Positions 11,555 to 25,332 of a stretch of DNA of 64,000 bases are shown here, in pieces. The position numbers were made by a program, and so were the translations under genes. Source of the stretch: Octopus vulgaris (Eukaryota); contig OX597826.1 in NCBI GenBank assembly GCA_951406725.2, positions 43,276,001 through 43,340,000 on the forward strand. The letters run 5' to 3'. The notes beneath the pieces were generated by a model. The model saw only the letters and a program-made list of their open reading frames with translations. It made no database searches and had not been told where the DNA came from. Every line of letters begins with the position of its first letter. The stretch's first letter is position 1.

Positions 11555-11814
11555 GTATTAGATGCACACACACACATTCATATATATACATATGTATGTA
11601 TATATATATGCATATGTATGTATCTATATATATGTGTATATATATATATATTTTTGTATATATTTGTATTCATATGTGTATATATATATGTATTTATATG
11701 TGTATATATATATTTGTATATATACATATATATATATATTTGTACTTATATGTATATATATACATATTTGTATTTATATGGATATATATATTTGCATTAA
11801 TATGTATATATTTG

Positions 11815-11892
<78 letters not shown>

Positions 11893-11897
11893 TATCT
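11410..11897. repeat. Compound (TA)/(TACA)/(CA) low-complexity tract
   Basis: Direct reading; source of the YI-repeat pseudo-ORFs. Confidence 0.95.
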
Positions 11898-13749
11898 AAT
11901 GTATTTATGAGATGGCATTTAACAGAGAGCGATCGAATCGTGCACTTATTGCTATTGACACAGTATGACAATCTGTATTGTCTCTTTATAACTTTGTATA
12001 TTATTTCCATTGTTATATTAATGTAGGCAAGTTAGTTATTACATGCTGACACGAGGATAATGGTATGTTGTTCTGTAGTAGCTCCAAGTCGATTATTGTT
12101 AAAACTGGCTCTTTTAACCTAACAATTTCACACATTTAAATATATATCTATATCATTGGCGATGTGTCAGGGCAGAGAATCTCATCATTTTTCTTTCTCG
12201 CCATTTTCTCTTAATGTGTTACAACTTTACCCATGTGACATATTACCACAATTTACTTACTCATTCAGAATGATTTATCTGTACCTGCCATCATATAACT
12301 ACTATCGACTTCCTGAGTATCAGCTTTATAATTATTAGACCCACAGCTCTTACTAGTTAATCTTTAGCTCACACCGTTCTAGTCGCTTAGTCTTTGATTA
12401 ATGATATTTAATTTTGCGTAATTTATTAGTGTCACACGAGCGTATTTAGTTTCTTTCTTTATTTTCTTTTCAAAACAAACATAAATCCATTGGAATTAAG
12501 ATATTCTGACAGTTTCCTTCCCATCTTAATGCTTGCCTCCCGTTTCTAAATCTTTGATTGGACATTATCTTTGTTCCAATGACAAAGTTACTGTTTCGAG
12601 ACTCACTATGTCTACATTCTTACTATGTTGCCTATAACCATACCAAACAATGATATTTTCTGAAATTCTACGTATATAATGATAGAATTCCACTTAGTAG
12701 CACCTAAACAGACTTGATATAAGTTATTCTTATTAATAATTTATTATGAAAATTCATTGATAAGACTCAATTATCCTTCAACTCAGTTCACCAATCATAT
12801 TTCCATATTTATTCTTCCTGCTTGTTCAGGACGTGGGCTAAAGTCTTTAGATACAAGCTCTAAGTTAGCAATTATTCGATTTCAATGCTCATCATTAAAT
12901 CTCTTGATGAAAGTATTAACATCAAAACATCTCATCTAGTCTTCAATCTCTATCAACTTTGTTGTTTTGTAAATCACGAATCGTAAACAATATTTTAACA
13001 CGTGACTTGGTTATAAAGAATGAATTGTATTTACTTGTGTATAAACTGCAAGATGTTATACTTGATTTTTTAACTATCCCCACCCACCAAAGAAAAAAAA
13101 AAACACACGGGGTGCGACTTATTACACAAGGCAAAAAAGCTGATTATTAAGTTTAAATGTGAAAGGTGACAAATTTTATACCAAAATTTGATACTAAATT
13201 TTACTAGATTTTACTGCAGAAAATAATAGAAGTTAATAGATCACTGATAAAAAAACAGTAGATAAAGAAAAATAACATAGAGAGAACGAGAGAAGTGTGG
13301 GGGTGGGGAGAGATAAAGAGAGAGACGATAACAAAAAAGGTAGACAGTATACAGAAGAGATGAAGCTGCCTAAAAGCAAATACTGTTTGTCTTTGAACAG
13401 TTGTATAATGATACCTTTGATAGAAAGGAGGCCATCCATGAGAAAAAAGTAGTGCTTATGACCTTTTGCAGGGTCTCTGAAAATGGTGCGGGGGAAGGAG
13501 GGAGGAATGTATCCTCAAACAGGAGATGTGGCCCGAATCCTTGTACCAGAGAGAACTCTACTAAAGGCACCCAAGGTACAAGTAAGTGGTGTTGAACGGG
13601 TCGATGGTTTTAGTCTGCATCGAATTGGATGACTGCTAGATTAGAACTCAGAACGCACTACGTGTGAGACAAAGTCTATTAAAAAGCTTACTGACGTGAT
13701 CTGTAATATAGATACTTAAGGCAGGTTCTATATTATAGATCCTGTAATA

Positions 13750-14170
13750 GGGCGTCGAGTTGCCAAAATCGGGAAAATTATTTAGCGACATTCGTTTCTG
13801 CACTTTACGTTTAGAGATCAAATCCCACTGAAGTCAGCTTTGCCTTTCATCCATCTTCAGTCAATAAGTATCAGAGAATTGCTGAGATTGATGGTATCGA
13901 CAAATCCCAATCCTTCAAAATTGCTGGCCTTATTCCTAAATTATAAAAACGGTGTTCTAGTTGATCCAATCAATGGAGGGAGATTCAGCGTGACACAGAA
14001 TGTGACAAAGCTGGCCCTCTGAAATTCAGGTACTACTCATATTCGCCAGCTGACTGTATCGGAGCAATGTTAGATAAAGTATCTTGCTCAAGGACAAAAC
14101 AAGTGGCTGGGAATTGAACTCGCTACCTTACAATCGTGAGCTGAATACTCAAACCACCAAGCTATGTGCT
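13750..14170. mobile_element. Decayed family A (+) and family C-related (-) SINE fragments
   Basis: GCCTTTCATCC...AATTGCTGGCCTT, plus GATTCAGCGTGACACAGAATGTGACAAAGCTGGCCC shared with 39641-39680. Confidence 0.7.
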
Positions 14171-16653
14171 TTCAGTAATATGATTTAACGAAGTATTTAA
14201 TGATTTTATTAAATCATCTCTTTCCCACAGCAATTTGAAGTGAGTGTCTTTGTTATCCTGGGTAATTGTTCTCAAGTGTGTGTGTGTGTGTGTGGGTATG
14301 TATAGGTGTAATCTTTTGATGAGAGGTAAGGTAGTGTTCATAGCGCTTCACAGAACCTTCGAGACTAGTGGAAGAGAGGTAAATTTTAACCGGAGATCTG
14401 TCCCGAGTGCCTGCTGTACAGGGGACTCCACTAAAAGTATTCAAGGTGTCAAGTGCGGGCGGGGTGTTAAAACGGGCGGCGGGTTAAGCCAGGTATCAAA
14501 GCAGGTTGTGTCGGTATTTAAACTCAAAATGCAAATAACCTAAACAAATATCGCAAGAAACCCGGCCCCACGTTTTTTACAGTTCCGTCTATCCATCGTC
14601 TCAAATTGATATTTTATTTTATCGACGCCCCTAAAAATTGAAAAGTAATGTTGACCTCGGCCGGATTTGAACTCAGATCGTAGACAGTCGGCATAAATAT
14701 ATCGAGACATTATTTTCCACGCCTCAATGATGTGGCGGCCAATTCGTCGACTATATGTGTCTTTGAATAAGTTGCATGTACACTAAAATGGCATGATATG
14801 AACTATTTTGAAATACTTCGCCATAATCTGTGACACGTCCAAGAGAAAAACGCATTTTAGCGTAACAAAACATTCGGATTCTTGAATTCGTCTGTATAAC
14901 AGTTTCTTTTGTATAAATCTCTAAAATATTAGGAAGTAGCACATCTAAGTAAGTATATTGAGTTTGTTGTTGTTCCGTCTACAGATAAATATTTGGGTAT
15001 ATGTTAATCTTATTTTCATACGATATGATAAGAAATCTTAAAACAAGTGTTTGTTGATACAGAAAACATTATATAACTGTTGGCTCATTCCTACCATGCA
15101 AACCTTATTTTCTAAGAACCGTAAATTGTGTTACACCCAATAAGCAATGCATGTTTTATTGCCGAAATTCTTCGGATAGTCTATATAAAGAAGTGGTATT
15201 TACCAGAGTGAGAAGACGAAACGAGGTTTATATATTTTCCTTTGCGTCTGAATGTGTTTATGGATGACAGACGACTTGTTTTCAGATAATTGGCAGTAGA
15301 CAATGAATTTGAAGTCGTAGAATTTTATCGAGACGTATAAAATGGTACGTGTATAAGTTCCAAAGTCGCATAACTATTCAATTTTTGTTAGTGAAAATTT
15401 CAGAACGTTGCTAAACCATAAAGCTTACCAGCAACATTACATAAAGCTTATGGCCATAACTTGGAAAGACATGTCATTCTGCTATGAAAAATTCCGAATG
15501 TATCAAGGAAAATGGTAGAGTCGTGTTAATGTTTTACAACCATATATAAATTCCTTATCGAGAAGTATACAGACTTAGTAACTAGTGATTTGGTATCATT
15601 TAGTCTCTTTTTTGGTTATATTTGGAATATACTTTTCAGAATTATAAAGATCACATAGCAACCGACGTATGCCCAATAAGTAAAATTCAATTTTTTCCAT
15701 CGTAATATTCAATATAGTGTTCTTTCGACTATTCATATTACATATGACTTAACAATGGATTAGGGTTGACTGAATCGATATGAGGTCGGATGAAGCCCTG
15801 CTAAGTAGGTACCTTTTATTCAAAATTAGATTTGGTCCTTTTATTCACAATTTTTATTTGCTAATGTCGTTGCAAACCAGTGAAATTTGGTATCATTCAT
15901 GGAAAGAATTTATTCTCTTCTCTCTTCATTGCTTTCATATTTCTGGTGAATTGCTGAATTAGTGTTTGCAGCAAACTTCAAAGTTGTTAAGGATTGAATA
16001 TTTAAAACTCGAGGCTGTTTGATTATTGTGGCACTGTACACTGAGACTTTTCCCATATGCTGTTTTACTTCTTCCTAAATAACATTCGTGCAGTGAAATA
16101 TATTTATCATTTGGATATTTTCTGGCTTTTCTTGTGAGTAAATGTCAACTATTCATTCTTACGCTATATTCGAAATCCCTAAGACAAGAAAGACTGGTTA
16201 CTGTGACTTGCCTTTCTATATGAGTTTTATTTATGAGACCAGACAACCCATAACCTTTACAACTAAGATGTTTTGTATTATTTGTTATTGTACAACTTTT
16301 ATATCGATTTTTGGAGCTCTTATTTTCTAGCTTTGAAACACTTACACATATGATAGGAAGCTGACTAACTAACTTGGCACTACACTATTCTGAGTTCATT
16401 TAACGTCTAGATTAATTCTATCTTTCTATTTTCTGATATTGCTAAAATAAATACCATTATGTCACCGAAACTAACTGAATTGACTTCCCTACACTGTATG
16501 TCTTCTGTCTTTGTAAAAGAAATACTTAACAGAGCACGAACACACATTTTGTCAAAAATCTGTTGAGTTTCACTCATACACAACAATCAGATGATATCGA
16601 ACTAATACGTGATTAAGAAGTACCAGATCGATTATACTTTACTTTTGAACTTT

Positions 16654-16842
16654 ATGTATGTGCGTATGTATGTATGTATGTATGTATGTATGTATGTATG
16701 TATGTATGTATGTATGTATGTATGTATGTATGTATGTATATACATAGGTACATACGTACATACATGCGTACATACATACATACATACATACATACATACA
16801 TACATACATACATACATACATACATACATACATACATACATA
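16654..16842. repeat. (ATGT)n immediately followed by (ACAT)n, an inverted microsatellite pair
   Basis: Direct reading; the arms are reverse complements. Confidence 0.95.
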
Positions 16843-17690
16843 CTCTCAGCAATTCTTTAATGTTTTCACCAAAGTTCTGTTACTGATAAATAGATAACAG
16901 AATCACTTTTATATTTACCAAACAGTGAAACAATAGAAATGGAACTGAAATAAAGCCAATATTTTCGTGCCAACGTTTTGCTGTTTATTATTCACTATAA
17001 TAAAACCGTGTTTACTTCGTACATTTTATATCAGTTTTAGAACTTACTCGAATCTAACAGCGACAACTATCATTAGTCAAAATCATTTATTGGTATAATT
17101 GCACTTCCCTATATGATACCCTTGAGGCAAAGAGCATATAGTTCTTTGGCATCTTCTTTTCATGGAATGCCTGTTATCATTCGTTCTTGATTTAATAATT
17201 ACCGTTTCTCTGGGTATTAATAAATGAATCAATTTAAATAAACAGCATGATTTTTCTGACATTGCCAAGATGTTATGAATCACTCCTACTGTTCTATCAG
17301 TCGGCTACAGAATTTATTATTGTCGTTCGAACAATTGGAAATCATTGTTGAAACGCACCAAGAAGAAAAAAAAAAGGAGGAACAAAAACAAACAAACAAG
17401 CCCCTACGAAACAACGTTTTGAAGTTATAATGTTATATGAAAAGATGAAAGTTGACGTTGCTTCGATTATGAGTATTTTTTAACACACTAAATATTAAGT
17501 CAACCCCCACCTATTTTTAAGATAACATAAACCAAAGTATGTTATTTGTTTATATATATTATATATGTATGTATATGTATTACATATACATATGTTTATA
17601 AATATATATATATGTATGTATATATATATATATATGGAGATATTTATATGTACACACATATATATCTGTTCTTATATATATATTCATATG

Positions 17691-17748
<58 letters not shown>

Positions 17749-18670
17749 TATCCAAATATATCTGCATTCATACGTACATGCACACACTCACGCACGCGCG
17801 TGCATATATGAGAAATTATGGTAAACACAAGTTTATATCATTTGTTCCTATATACGCTTCAGCGTTATGGTTGTTTGGAACTCTGCATTGAATTGAATGA
17901 TTCTGAATGCTTAACCATAACAGATCATTGGGGGAAAAAAATTTTATTGCGTTTTGCTACGGAGAACTAGCAAGTTCCAAACAACCACGATGGTGCGACG
18001 TGCGTAGGAACAAACGAGACATAAACTTGTGTTTATGGTAATTTTTCCTATATTTGCTCTGTATATGATGATGATGATCTACGTGGAGCTCTAAACTCAA
18101 CAGTAGCAGTCGTACATCTAACTGTATATACAAGATACACTATAAATAAGGCAAGGAATTCTGTCTTCTCTGTAATTCTGAACTATTTTTTTTTCTAAAA
18201 ATCCCCTTGTAAACACGGTTATAGAGCGTGCATACCGATGTAAACATTGGCAAAAACAGACCTTTAGTTCATATAAGTGATTTCTATCATTATAATATAA
18301 TCTAAACATCAATTTTCTTTTTACATTTCACATTCACTAGATATATAATTTTCCTAGTCTAAAAGGTTTTATTTAATATACATATAGTCATAGTTTTTCT
18401 TTACTTTACACCTCCTCTTTCTATAGGCTACCTCCGACGTTATATCCTATAATGGTTTTTTGAAACAATATTAATAGCGTTCAATTAATCACTATACATA
18501 TCCATCATTTTCTGTTAAAATGTCTTACTGACGAGTTTCATTTCTTCACTTTCCTGAACAGAAGATTACATTGTTTTACACCATTTTATTTCTTTGGAAT
18601 AATATCAGTGATATCTTCGAAATATGTGTCAGAAGTAAAAGAATTTGAATAACACTTGCATTAAACTCCA

Positions 18671-18714
<44 letters not shown>

Positions 18715-18719
<5 letters not shown>

Positions 18720-18952
18720 CCGGTTGACGTGTGTGTTTATGAGCGAAGCACCTAAGCTCCACGCGGCTCCGGCAGAAGGTAATGGCGAACTTCTGCTGAC
18801 TCTTTCGCCACAACTTTCACTCACTTTTTCCCCCTGCATCTCGCAGCTCACATGCGACGGGCCGGCGCCCCGTCCAGGTGGGAAACCTAAACGCCAAGGA
18901 AACTGGGAAACCGGCCCTTATGAGCCAAGCGTGGCTCAAGAAGGAAGGAACA

Positions 18953-18955
<3 letters not shown>
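18715..18955 (+). mobile_element. Family C-related SINE body
   Basis: GAGCGAAGCACCTAAGCTCCACGCGGCTCCGGCAG shared with 39493-39892 (-) and 63130-63360. Confidence 0.8.
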
Positions 18956-18989
<34 letters not shown>

Positions 18990-18994
<5 letters not shown>

Positions 18995-19164
18995 AAAAGG
19001 TCCAAATTACACAGATTAGAAGTGATATAGAAAATTAAAGGGGCGGGGAAAAGTATCGCAAATCCAATAGCGATTTCTGGGAACTCGGTGGTCCATAATA
19101 ATCGTTGTAGATATTTTAATTCTCTATGTCATTTCTAATCTGTGTAAGTTAGACATTTCTATAT
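18990..19164. repeat. Small foldback/MITE-like element with ~50-bp inverted arms
   Basis: 18990-19039 versus 19115-19164 reverse complement, about 7 mismatches; sits in TA repeats. Confidence 0.8.
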
Positions 19165-19646
19165 GTATACATATATACATTTTTTTGCATTTCATGTATT
19201 TAATGCACTTTATATATTGAGCTATCTATCCCTACATTTACTCTCTCTCCCCCTCTCTCTCTCTCGCTCCCCCTCTCCCCCTCTCTCTCTCTATATATAT
19301 ATATGCATGTATTCTCACCCCTTTCCACCTTAATCCTTCTTCATTTTTTTCTCTTCCCGTCGTTTGTTATCTCCAGAGTCCATTTTGAAGACATAAATTG
19401 GTTGTAATAGAGTTCTTTATTGTGCCTGACCTCTGCCTCATGTGGATACATTGAAGCCCATAAAATTTCAACTGTTCTTCATATCTCTCGCTTGTGCGTT
19501 GCCAAACAAAGCGGGTCGCCAGAAATCTTCTACCTAAATTTAAACTCACCTTAGAAACCCGGATTATTTTCATGATCAATAAAGAAATGCTGCTGAAACA
19601 GGTGTTGTGAACTTTAAAATCCATTTGTGATCTTATTATATATATA

Positions 19647-20892
19647 TCAGGTTAAGAACGAAATGTCTGATTTTCTTACACACCAAGTTTGACAATCGTT
19701 AACTGATGTTTTATTCTGACAATTTTTTGTGTTACAACATCGAAGAATTACATCATGTCTTTTCGAATTACGATTCATTGTGTCTGATTATATTGTGTTT
19801 TCTTGTAAATCAATTTTTGTGAACCCATGGAAAAATAAAAAAACAAACTCTTGTTTATGAAATTGAGTTCTGTCGTGAAACCAAATGCACCCCAGACAGC
19901 TCGAACCATCAATGAGGTGTTTGGTAAAGATGTGATAAATGAGTTGATGGTTTGAGAAACTCTGGTTTGGTGACTTTACTCTTGAAGATCAACCCTGTGG
20001 TAGACCTGAGATTAAGGTGGATAATGATGAGCTGGAAACTGTAGTGGAAGCGGATACATCTCAAACTACGCGTTAGCAGCAAGGTTTGATGTTTCTATTC
20101 CAACTGTATTGGACAATCTGAAACAAACCGGCAAGGTAAAGAAGCTGAACAAGTCGGTACCACACGAACTGAACGAGTATCAATTAACACGTCGTCTTGA
20201 ACCTTGCTGTTCTTTGCTGTCACGGCATTAAAGCGACCATTTTTGCATCGTATTGTTACGTGTGATGAAAAATGAATTCTTTTCAACAATAGCAACCGTT
20301 CTACACGGTGGTTGGATAGAGACGAAGTGCCAAAACACAATCCAAAATATATTATTCACCAAGAAAAAAAGCAAATGGTGTCTCTTTGGTGGTCCAGTGC
20401 TCCATGAGACATGATAAGTCAATTACAGTGGATGCATACATCAACAAATTGGATGAAATGATGAGTGAACTTGCAATTAAACAACCGAGATTGGTCAATA
20501 CAGACAGTACAATTCTCTTGCACGACAATACTCGACCATACGTTGCACGAAGAACGCTACTCAAGTTAAAGGAGCTGAACTTGGAAGTACTCTGTCATCC
20601 ACCATATTCACCAGGCCTTGCACCAACTGTCACATTTTCCAGGCATTAGAGAACTTTTTGCAATGAAAAAAAATTCATATCTGAAGAAGATACAAAAACA
20701 GCATTTCGTGATTTCATCACTGCTTGCTCTCTAGAATTCTGCGCTGCCGGCATAAATAAACTACCGATAAAATTGCAAAATTGTATTGATAATTTAGGTG
20801 CACACTTTAATTAAATGGCATTGCTTTTTGTTGAGATAAAGTAAAATAAAGTTTCCTTTCAAAGTCGGACATTTGATTAATAATAACTTTAA
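19647..20892 (+). mobile_element. Mariner transposon (cecropia/Hsmar1-like), near full length, defective
   Basis: Degenerate TIRs (AAATGTCTGATTTT / AAAGTCGGACATTT) in a TA context, enclosing a transposase pseudogene. Confidence 0.93.
19828..20814 (+). pseudogene. Mariner DD34D transposase pseudogene
   Basis: TARTINEVFG, GKVKKLNKSVPHEL (WVPHEL), RIVTCDEK, LLHDNTRP, HPPYSPGLAPT, GINKLP..GAHFN*; several stops and frameshifts. Confidence 0.93.
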
Positions 20893-20910
20893 ATATATAT
20901 ATATATATAT

Positions 20911-21304
20911 AGGCGCAGGAGTGGCTGTGTGGTAAGCAGCTTGCTGGCCAACCACATGGCATCTTGGGCAAGTGTCTTCTGCTATAGCCCCGGGCCGACC
21001 AATGCCTTGTGAGTGGATTTGGTAGACAGCAACTGAAAGAAGCCTGTCGTATATATGTATATATATATGGATGTGTGTGTGTGTGTCTGTGTGTCTGTGT
21101 TTGTCCCCCTAGCATTGCTTGACAACCGATGCTGGTGTGTTTACGTCCCCGTCACTTAGCGGTTCGGCAAAAAGAGACCGATAGAATAAGTACTGGCCTT
21201 ACAAAGAATAAGTCCCGGGGTCGATTTGCTCGTGGTGCTCCAGCATGGCCGCAGTCAAATGACTGAAACAAGTAAAAGAGTAAAAGAGTAAAAGAGTAAA
21301 AGAG

Positions 21305-21305
<1 letters not shown>
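20911..21305 (+). mobile_element. SINE family B with (GTAAAAGA)n tail
   Basis: AGGCGCAGGAGTGGCTGTGTGG head, CORE-like CATCTTGGGCAAGTG, tail repeated about 4 times; B-box deleted. Confidence 0.92.
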
Positions 21306-21338
<33 letters not shown>

Positions 21339-21432
21339 TCTTAGTTGAAACTTACAGAAAAACAAAAGACAAAGGCAGGTGTATAAACAACGAACAGGTG
21401 TATTAGTTTGACGCTCCGGAAAGTGAGAAAGT

Positions 21433-21468
21433 CTTTAACGTTTCGTTAGTACGCTCTTCAACAGAAAG
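21433..21468 (-). ncRNA. Variant/decayed minimal hammerhead motif
   Basis: Minus strand CTTT-CTGTTGA-AGAGCGTACTAAC-GAAA-CG-TT-AAAG. Stem I CTTT/AAAG and palindromic AACGTT are present; core is CUGUUGA and stem II is broken. Confidence 0.45.
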
Positions 21469-21509
21469 GAACGCGAGGAAATAAACAGAGAGAGAACTAT
21501 ATATATATA

Positions 21510-21975
21510 TATGCATATATACATACATATATGGGTACAGGACATAAAAAACCCCAGACAGAATGAGAAACGAGAACGTAAAAAAACATAGAAAACAAAC
21601 TTTTTTTCGAACAACGAAAAAAAACAGAGAAACGAGACATGAAGCATAAAGAACATTCCCTTCATCAGCTGTCCCTTGTTTTACCTACTCTGCGTTTCGA
21701 AGGTAAGAGCAAGACGCGACTTCGTTTAAACAGTCCTTCCCGCAACGCAAATTAAATAATATTTGAGATTTTTTGCGGAGGGTGAAAGTGGTAACAAAAA
21801 CAGAAAATAGGAGAATGTTCTTTATGTTGCATGTCTCGTTTCTGTGTTTGTTTTTTTTTTCGTTTTTTCGAAAAAAAAGTTCGTTTTCTATGTTTTTGTT
21901 TTTTCATGTTCTCGTTTCTCATTGTCCAAGTTTTTTTGATGTCCCGTACCCACATATGCATGTATATATACATAT
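21510..21975. repeat. Foldback element with ~150-bp inverted arms and ~150-bp spacer
   Basis: 21510-21660 is the reverse complement of 21811-21975; the ORF track shows MFFMLHVSFLC on both strands. Confidence 0.88.
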
Positions 21976-22308
21976 ATGTAGGTATGTACATATATATATA
22001 TATATATGCATATATGCATATACTTATATATTATTTATATTATTATATGATCGAACGCCACGCAACCTTTTCCAAGTAAGTTTTATCTTAATAATTACTC
22101 TTATTCTATCTCTTAATAATTACTCTTATTCTATCTCTTAATAATTACTCTAATTCTATCTCTTTTCTATCTCTCTCACTTGTTCTTCTTCCTTTCCGTT
22201 TTTCTCTCTCACCCTTCCCCTATTCTTCTCCCCTCCCCTTCACCCATCCCTCTCTCCTCTCTCACTCTTCCTCCTTCACTCTCTTGTTGCTCACACGTGA
22301 CCAACGGT

Positions 22309-22425
22309 CATTCTCTCTTCCACTTCCTTCCTAAAGACAAGACGTGCTTTTATCTGTCTCTTCTCAAAGCTCGTTTTTCCAAGCGTTTACCACTTTACAT
22401 TGTCTTGGTTTAACAGCCCCCCACC
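22309..22425 (+). repeat. Dispersed repeat, copy 1 (copy 2 at 24769-24885)
   Basis: TTCTCTCTTCCACTTCCTTCCTAAAGACAAGACGTGCTTTTATCTGTC...GCTCGTTTTTCCAAG is nearly identical in both places. Confidence 0.85.
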
Positions 22426-22657
22426 GTTTGCTTTTACTGTTTTGTTCTCACTGTCCTGTTTTTGTTACCACCTCTTAGTGATCAGGTCCCGGCCTCAAAG
22501 CGACGAAAATATTTTGGCAAATAAAATTTAAATGTTGAAGTGAATGTAACTGTTTTTCTGTGTTTTGAAATGGCCTATAAACACTTTCCATGCTGCAATT
22601 GTTTTTGTTTCAGCACACGATCTCATATCACTCATTTGCTACGCAAGTACATCTCTG

Positions 22658-22715
<58 letters not shown>

Positions 22716-22747
22716 TATACATATATATACATATATATATATATATC

Positions 22748-22985
22748 TTTTAATTGTTTCAGTGATTTGACTGCGGCCATGATGGGTCACCGTCTTGAAG
22801 GGCTTGTAGTCGATCAAATGGACCTCAGGACTTTCTTGCTTTTAAAGCTTGGTACTTATTCTATCGGTTCTGTTTAGCCGAACCGCTAAGTTACAGGAAC
22901 GTAAATACATCAACGCCGGTTGTCAAAAGCTTAAAAAATGGGTGGGTGGGGGACGAACACAGGCAAAGACACATACGCATAAGTC
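22748..22985 (-). mobile_element. SINE family B 3' half
   Basis: TGTTTCAGTGATTTGACTGCGGCCATG...CCGAACCGCTAAGTTAC. Confidence 0.85.
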
Positions 22986-22995
22986 TATCTATCTA

Positions 22996-23100
<105 letters not shown>

Positions 23101-23164
23101 ATACATATATATATATATATATGTGTATGTATGCATATATATTTTTATATATATGTATGTATGC

Positions 23165-23230
<66 letters not shown>

Positions 23231-23884
23231 GTATTACTTCCACTGCTACGACCATGACCACTAACAACAACAACAATACTAAAGGTGATCAAGATGAAGA
23301 TAGCAGGAAAATTATCTTATTTAGGGTTAAAAGTTCTATTGCCACCACCATCACCACTAGCAACAATAATTAAGGTGCTGACAATGATGATGATGACAAT
23401 TGAAATATAAAAATATAAAAATCTCTGACAAAGGATATTTACGACATTTCTAAAAATAACTCAACAATTGCTGCTTCGGCCAGGGTCAAGATACAGGACT
23501 CTTGACATGTCCAACAAAGCGTGATGCCTAAACCAATCAGCTCAACGAACCAATCAGCTTAAGTAATTGAGTGATACTACACACTGATTGGTCAGAATAC
23601 AGTTTGCAAAACCTAGCACTCTGGAGCCTCTCCCAGCTGTATTTATAGCACAGAATCAATCATCTTGCTACAGTCAAAAATTGTGAAGCATGACTGTCAA
23701 CACTACTACATGAACCCGAAGATTGCAGAATTCAATGCATGAAAGTACTAGTTCAATCAGAATGAATATTTAACATTCTACTATTTCATTTTATTTTATT
23801 CAATTATAATATATTATCTTATAATATATCATTATAAGATTGTAAATAAAACGTGAAAATCAGACAAGGTTGGAATTCTTTTTA

Positions 23885-23950
<66 letters not shown>

Positions 23951-24217
23951 TATGTATGTATATATATATATATATGGACACGACATGCCTCTTTCAGTTT
24001 CCGTCTATCAAATCCACTTACATCTAACTGAACTCGGAATCATTTGGTTGGGAAGCAAATTTCTTATCACACAGCCACACTGGCGCCTATACATACCTTT
24101 ATTTATTATTCCCAAAGTGTATGTACATAGGCGTACGAACACACACACACGCACACACACGCCCTGGTGTAAGAAAGCACCATAAATATTGATAGCTCCC
24201 ACCAAAGTATTAGCAGA

Positions 24218-24292
<75 letters not shown>

Positions 24293-24652
24293 CATTGAGT
24301 TTGGATAAAAATTTCTAAGTCCTACAACGTCTTTTTCTGTGACAAACGATGACGTTTCATTAAACAGATGAATAGCTCTGAGTAGTCAGAGTGAAGTTTC
24401 CGGTGACGTGGCTTTGATTCTAGTTTGAAGACGATTCATCCCTCTTTCTGTTTATCTTTAGGAAATAATATAGGAATAGTCAGATCTTGAATTCCCTTTC
24501 AACCTCCCCCCCACCCCCCCAAAAAACTCGGCGTTTTTTTTTTGCTATTTTAGAAGAAAAAATTGTATTTCCTTTATTTCTAGAAACAAGTTCATCAATA
24601 ATCTATAAGCGTCATTACGTTTAATCAGACATATCTATTGATATCTACATAC

Positions 24653-24683
<31 letters not shown>

Positions 24684-25001
24684 CATACACACACTCACAA
24701 ACTCATTTATATACGTATACATGTGTGTATGTGTGTATGTGTGTGTGCGCGCGCACACACACACACCACATTCTCTCTTCCACTTCCTTCCTAAAGACAA
24801 GACGTGCTTTTATCTGTCCCTTCTCAAAGCTCGTTTTTCCAAGAGTTCACCACTTCACATCATCTTGGCGTAACAGCCCTCACCACATTGGTTCGGTCTT
24901 GCAAACAGCTAAAATAAAACTCAAAATATGCGTATACATATATTTCACGACCCATGAGTCTCTCTGTTACTTCTGCTAAATATTTATAAAAAGATATCAA
25001 A

Positions 25002-25332
<331 letters not shown>

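Noticed and set aside
11381-12026. YI/HT/CV-repeat ORFs here and throughout the window
   Set aside because: Dinucleotide and tetranucleotide repeats lack stop codons; not coding.
14300-14525. GC-richer segment as a Penelope/LINE coding remnant
   Set aside because: No convincing motif could be read in any frame.
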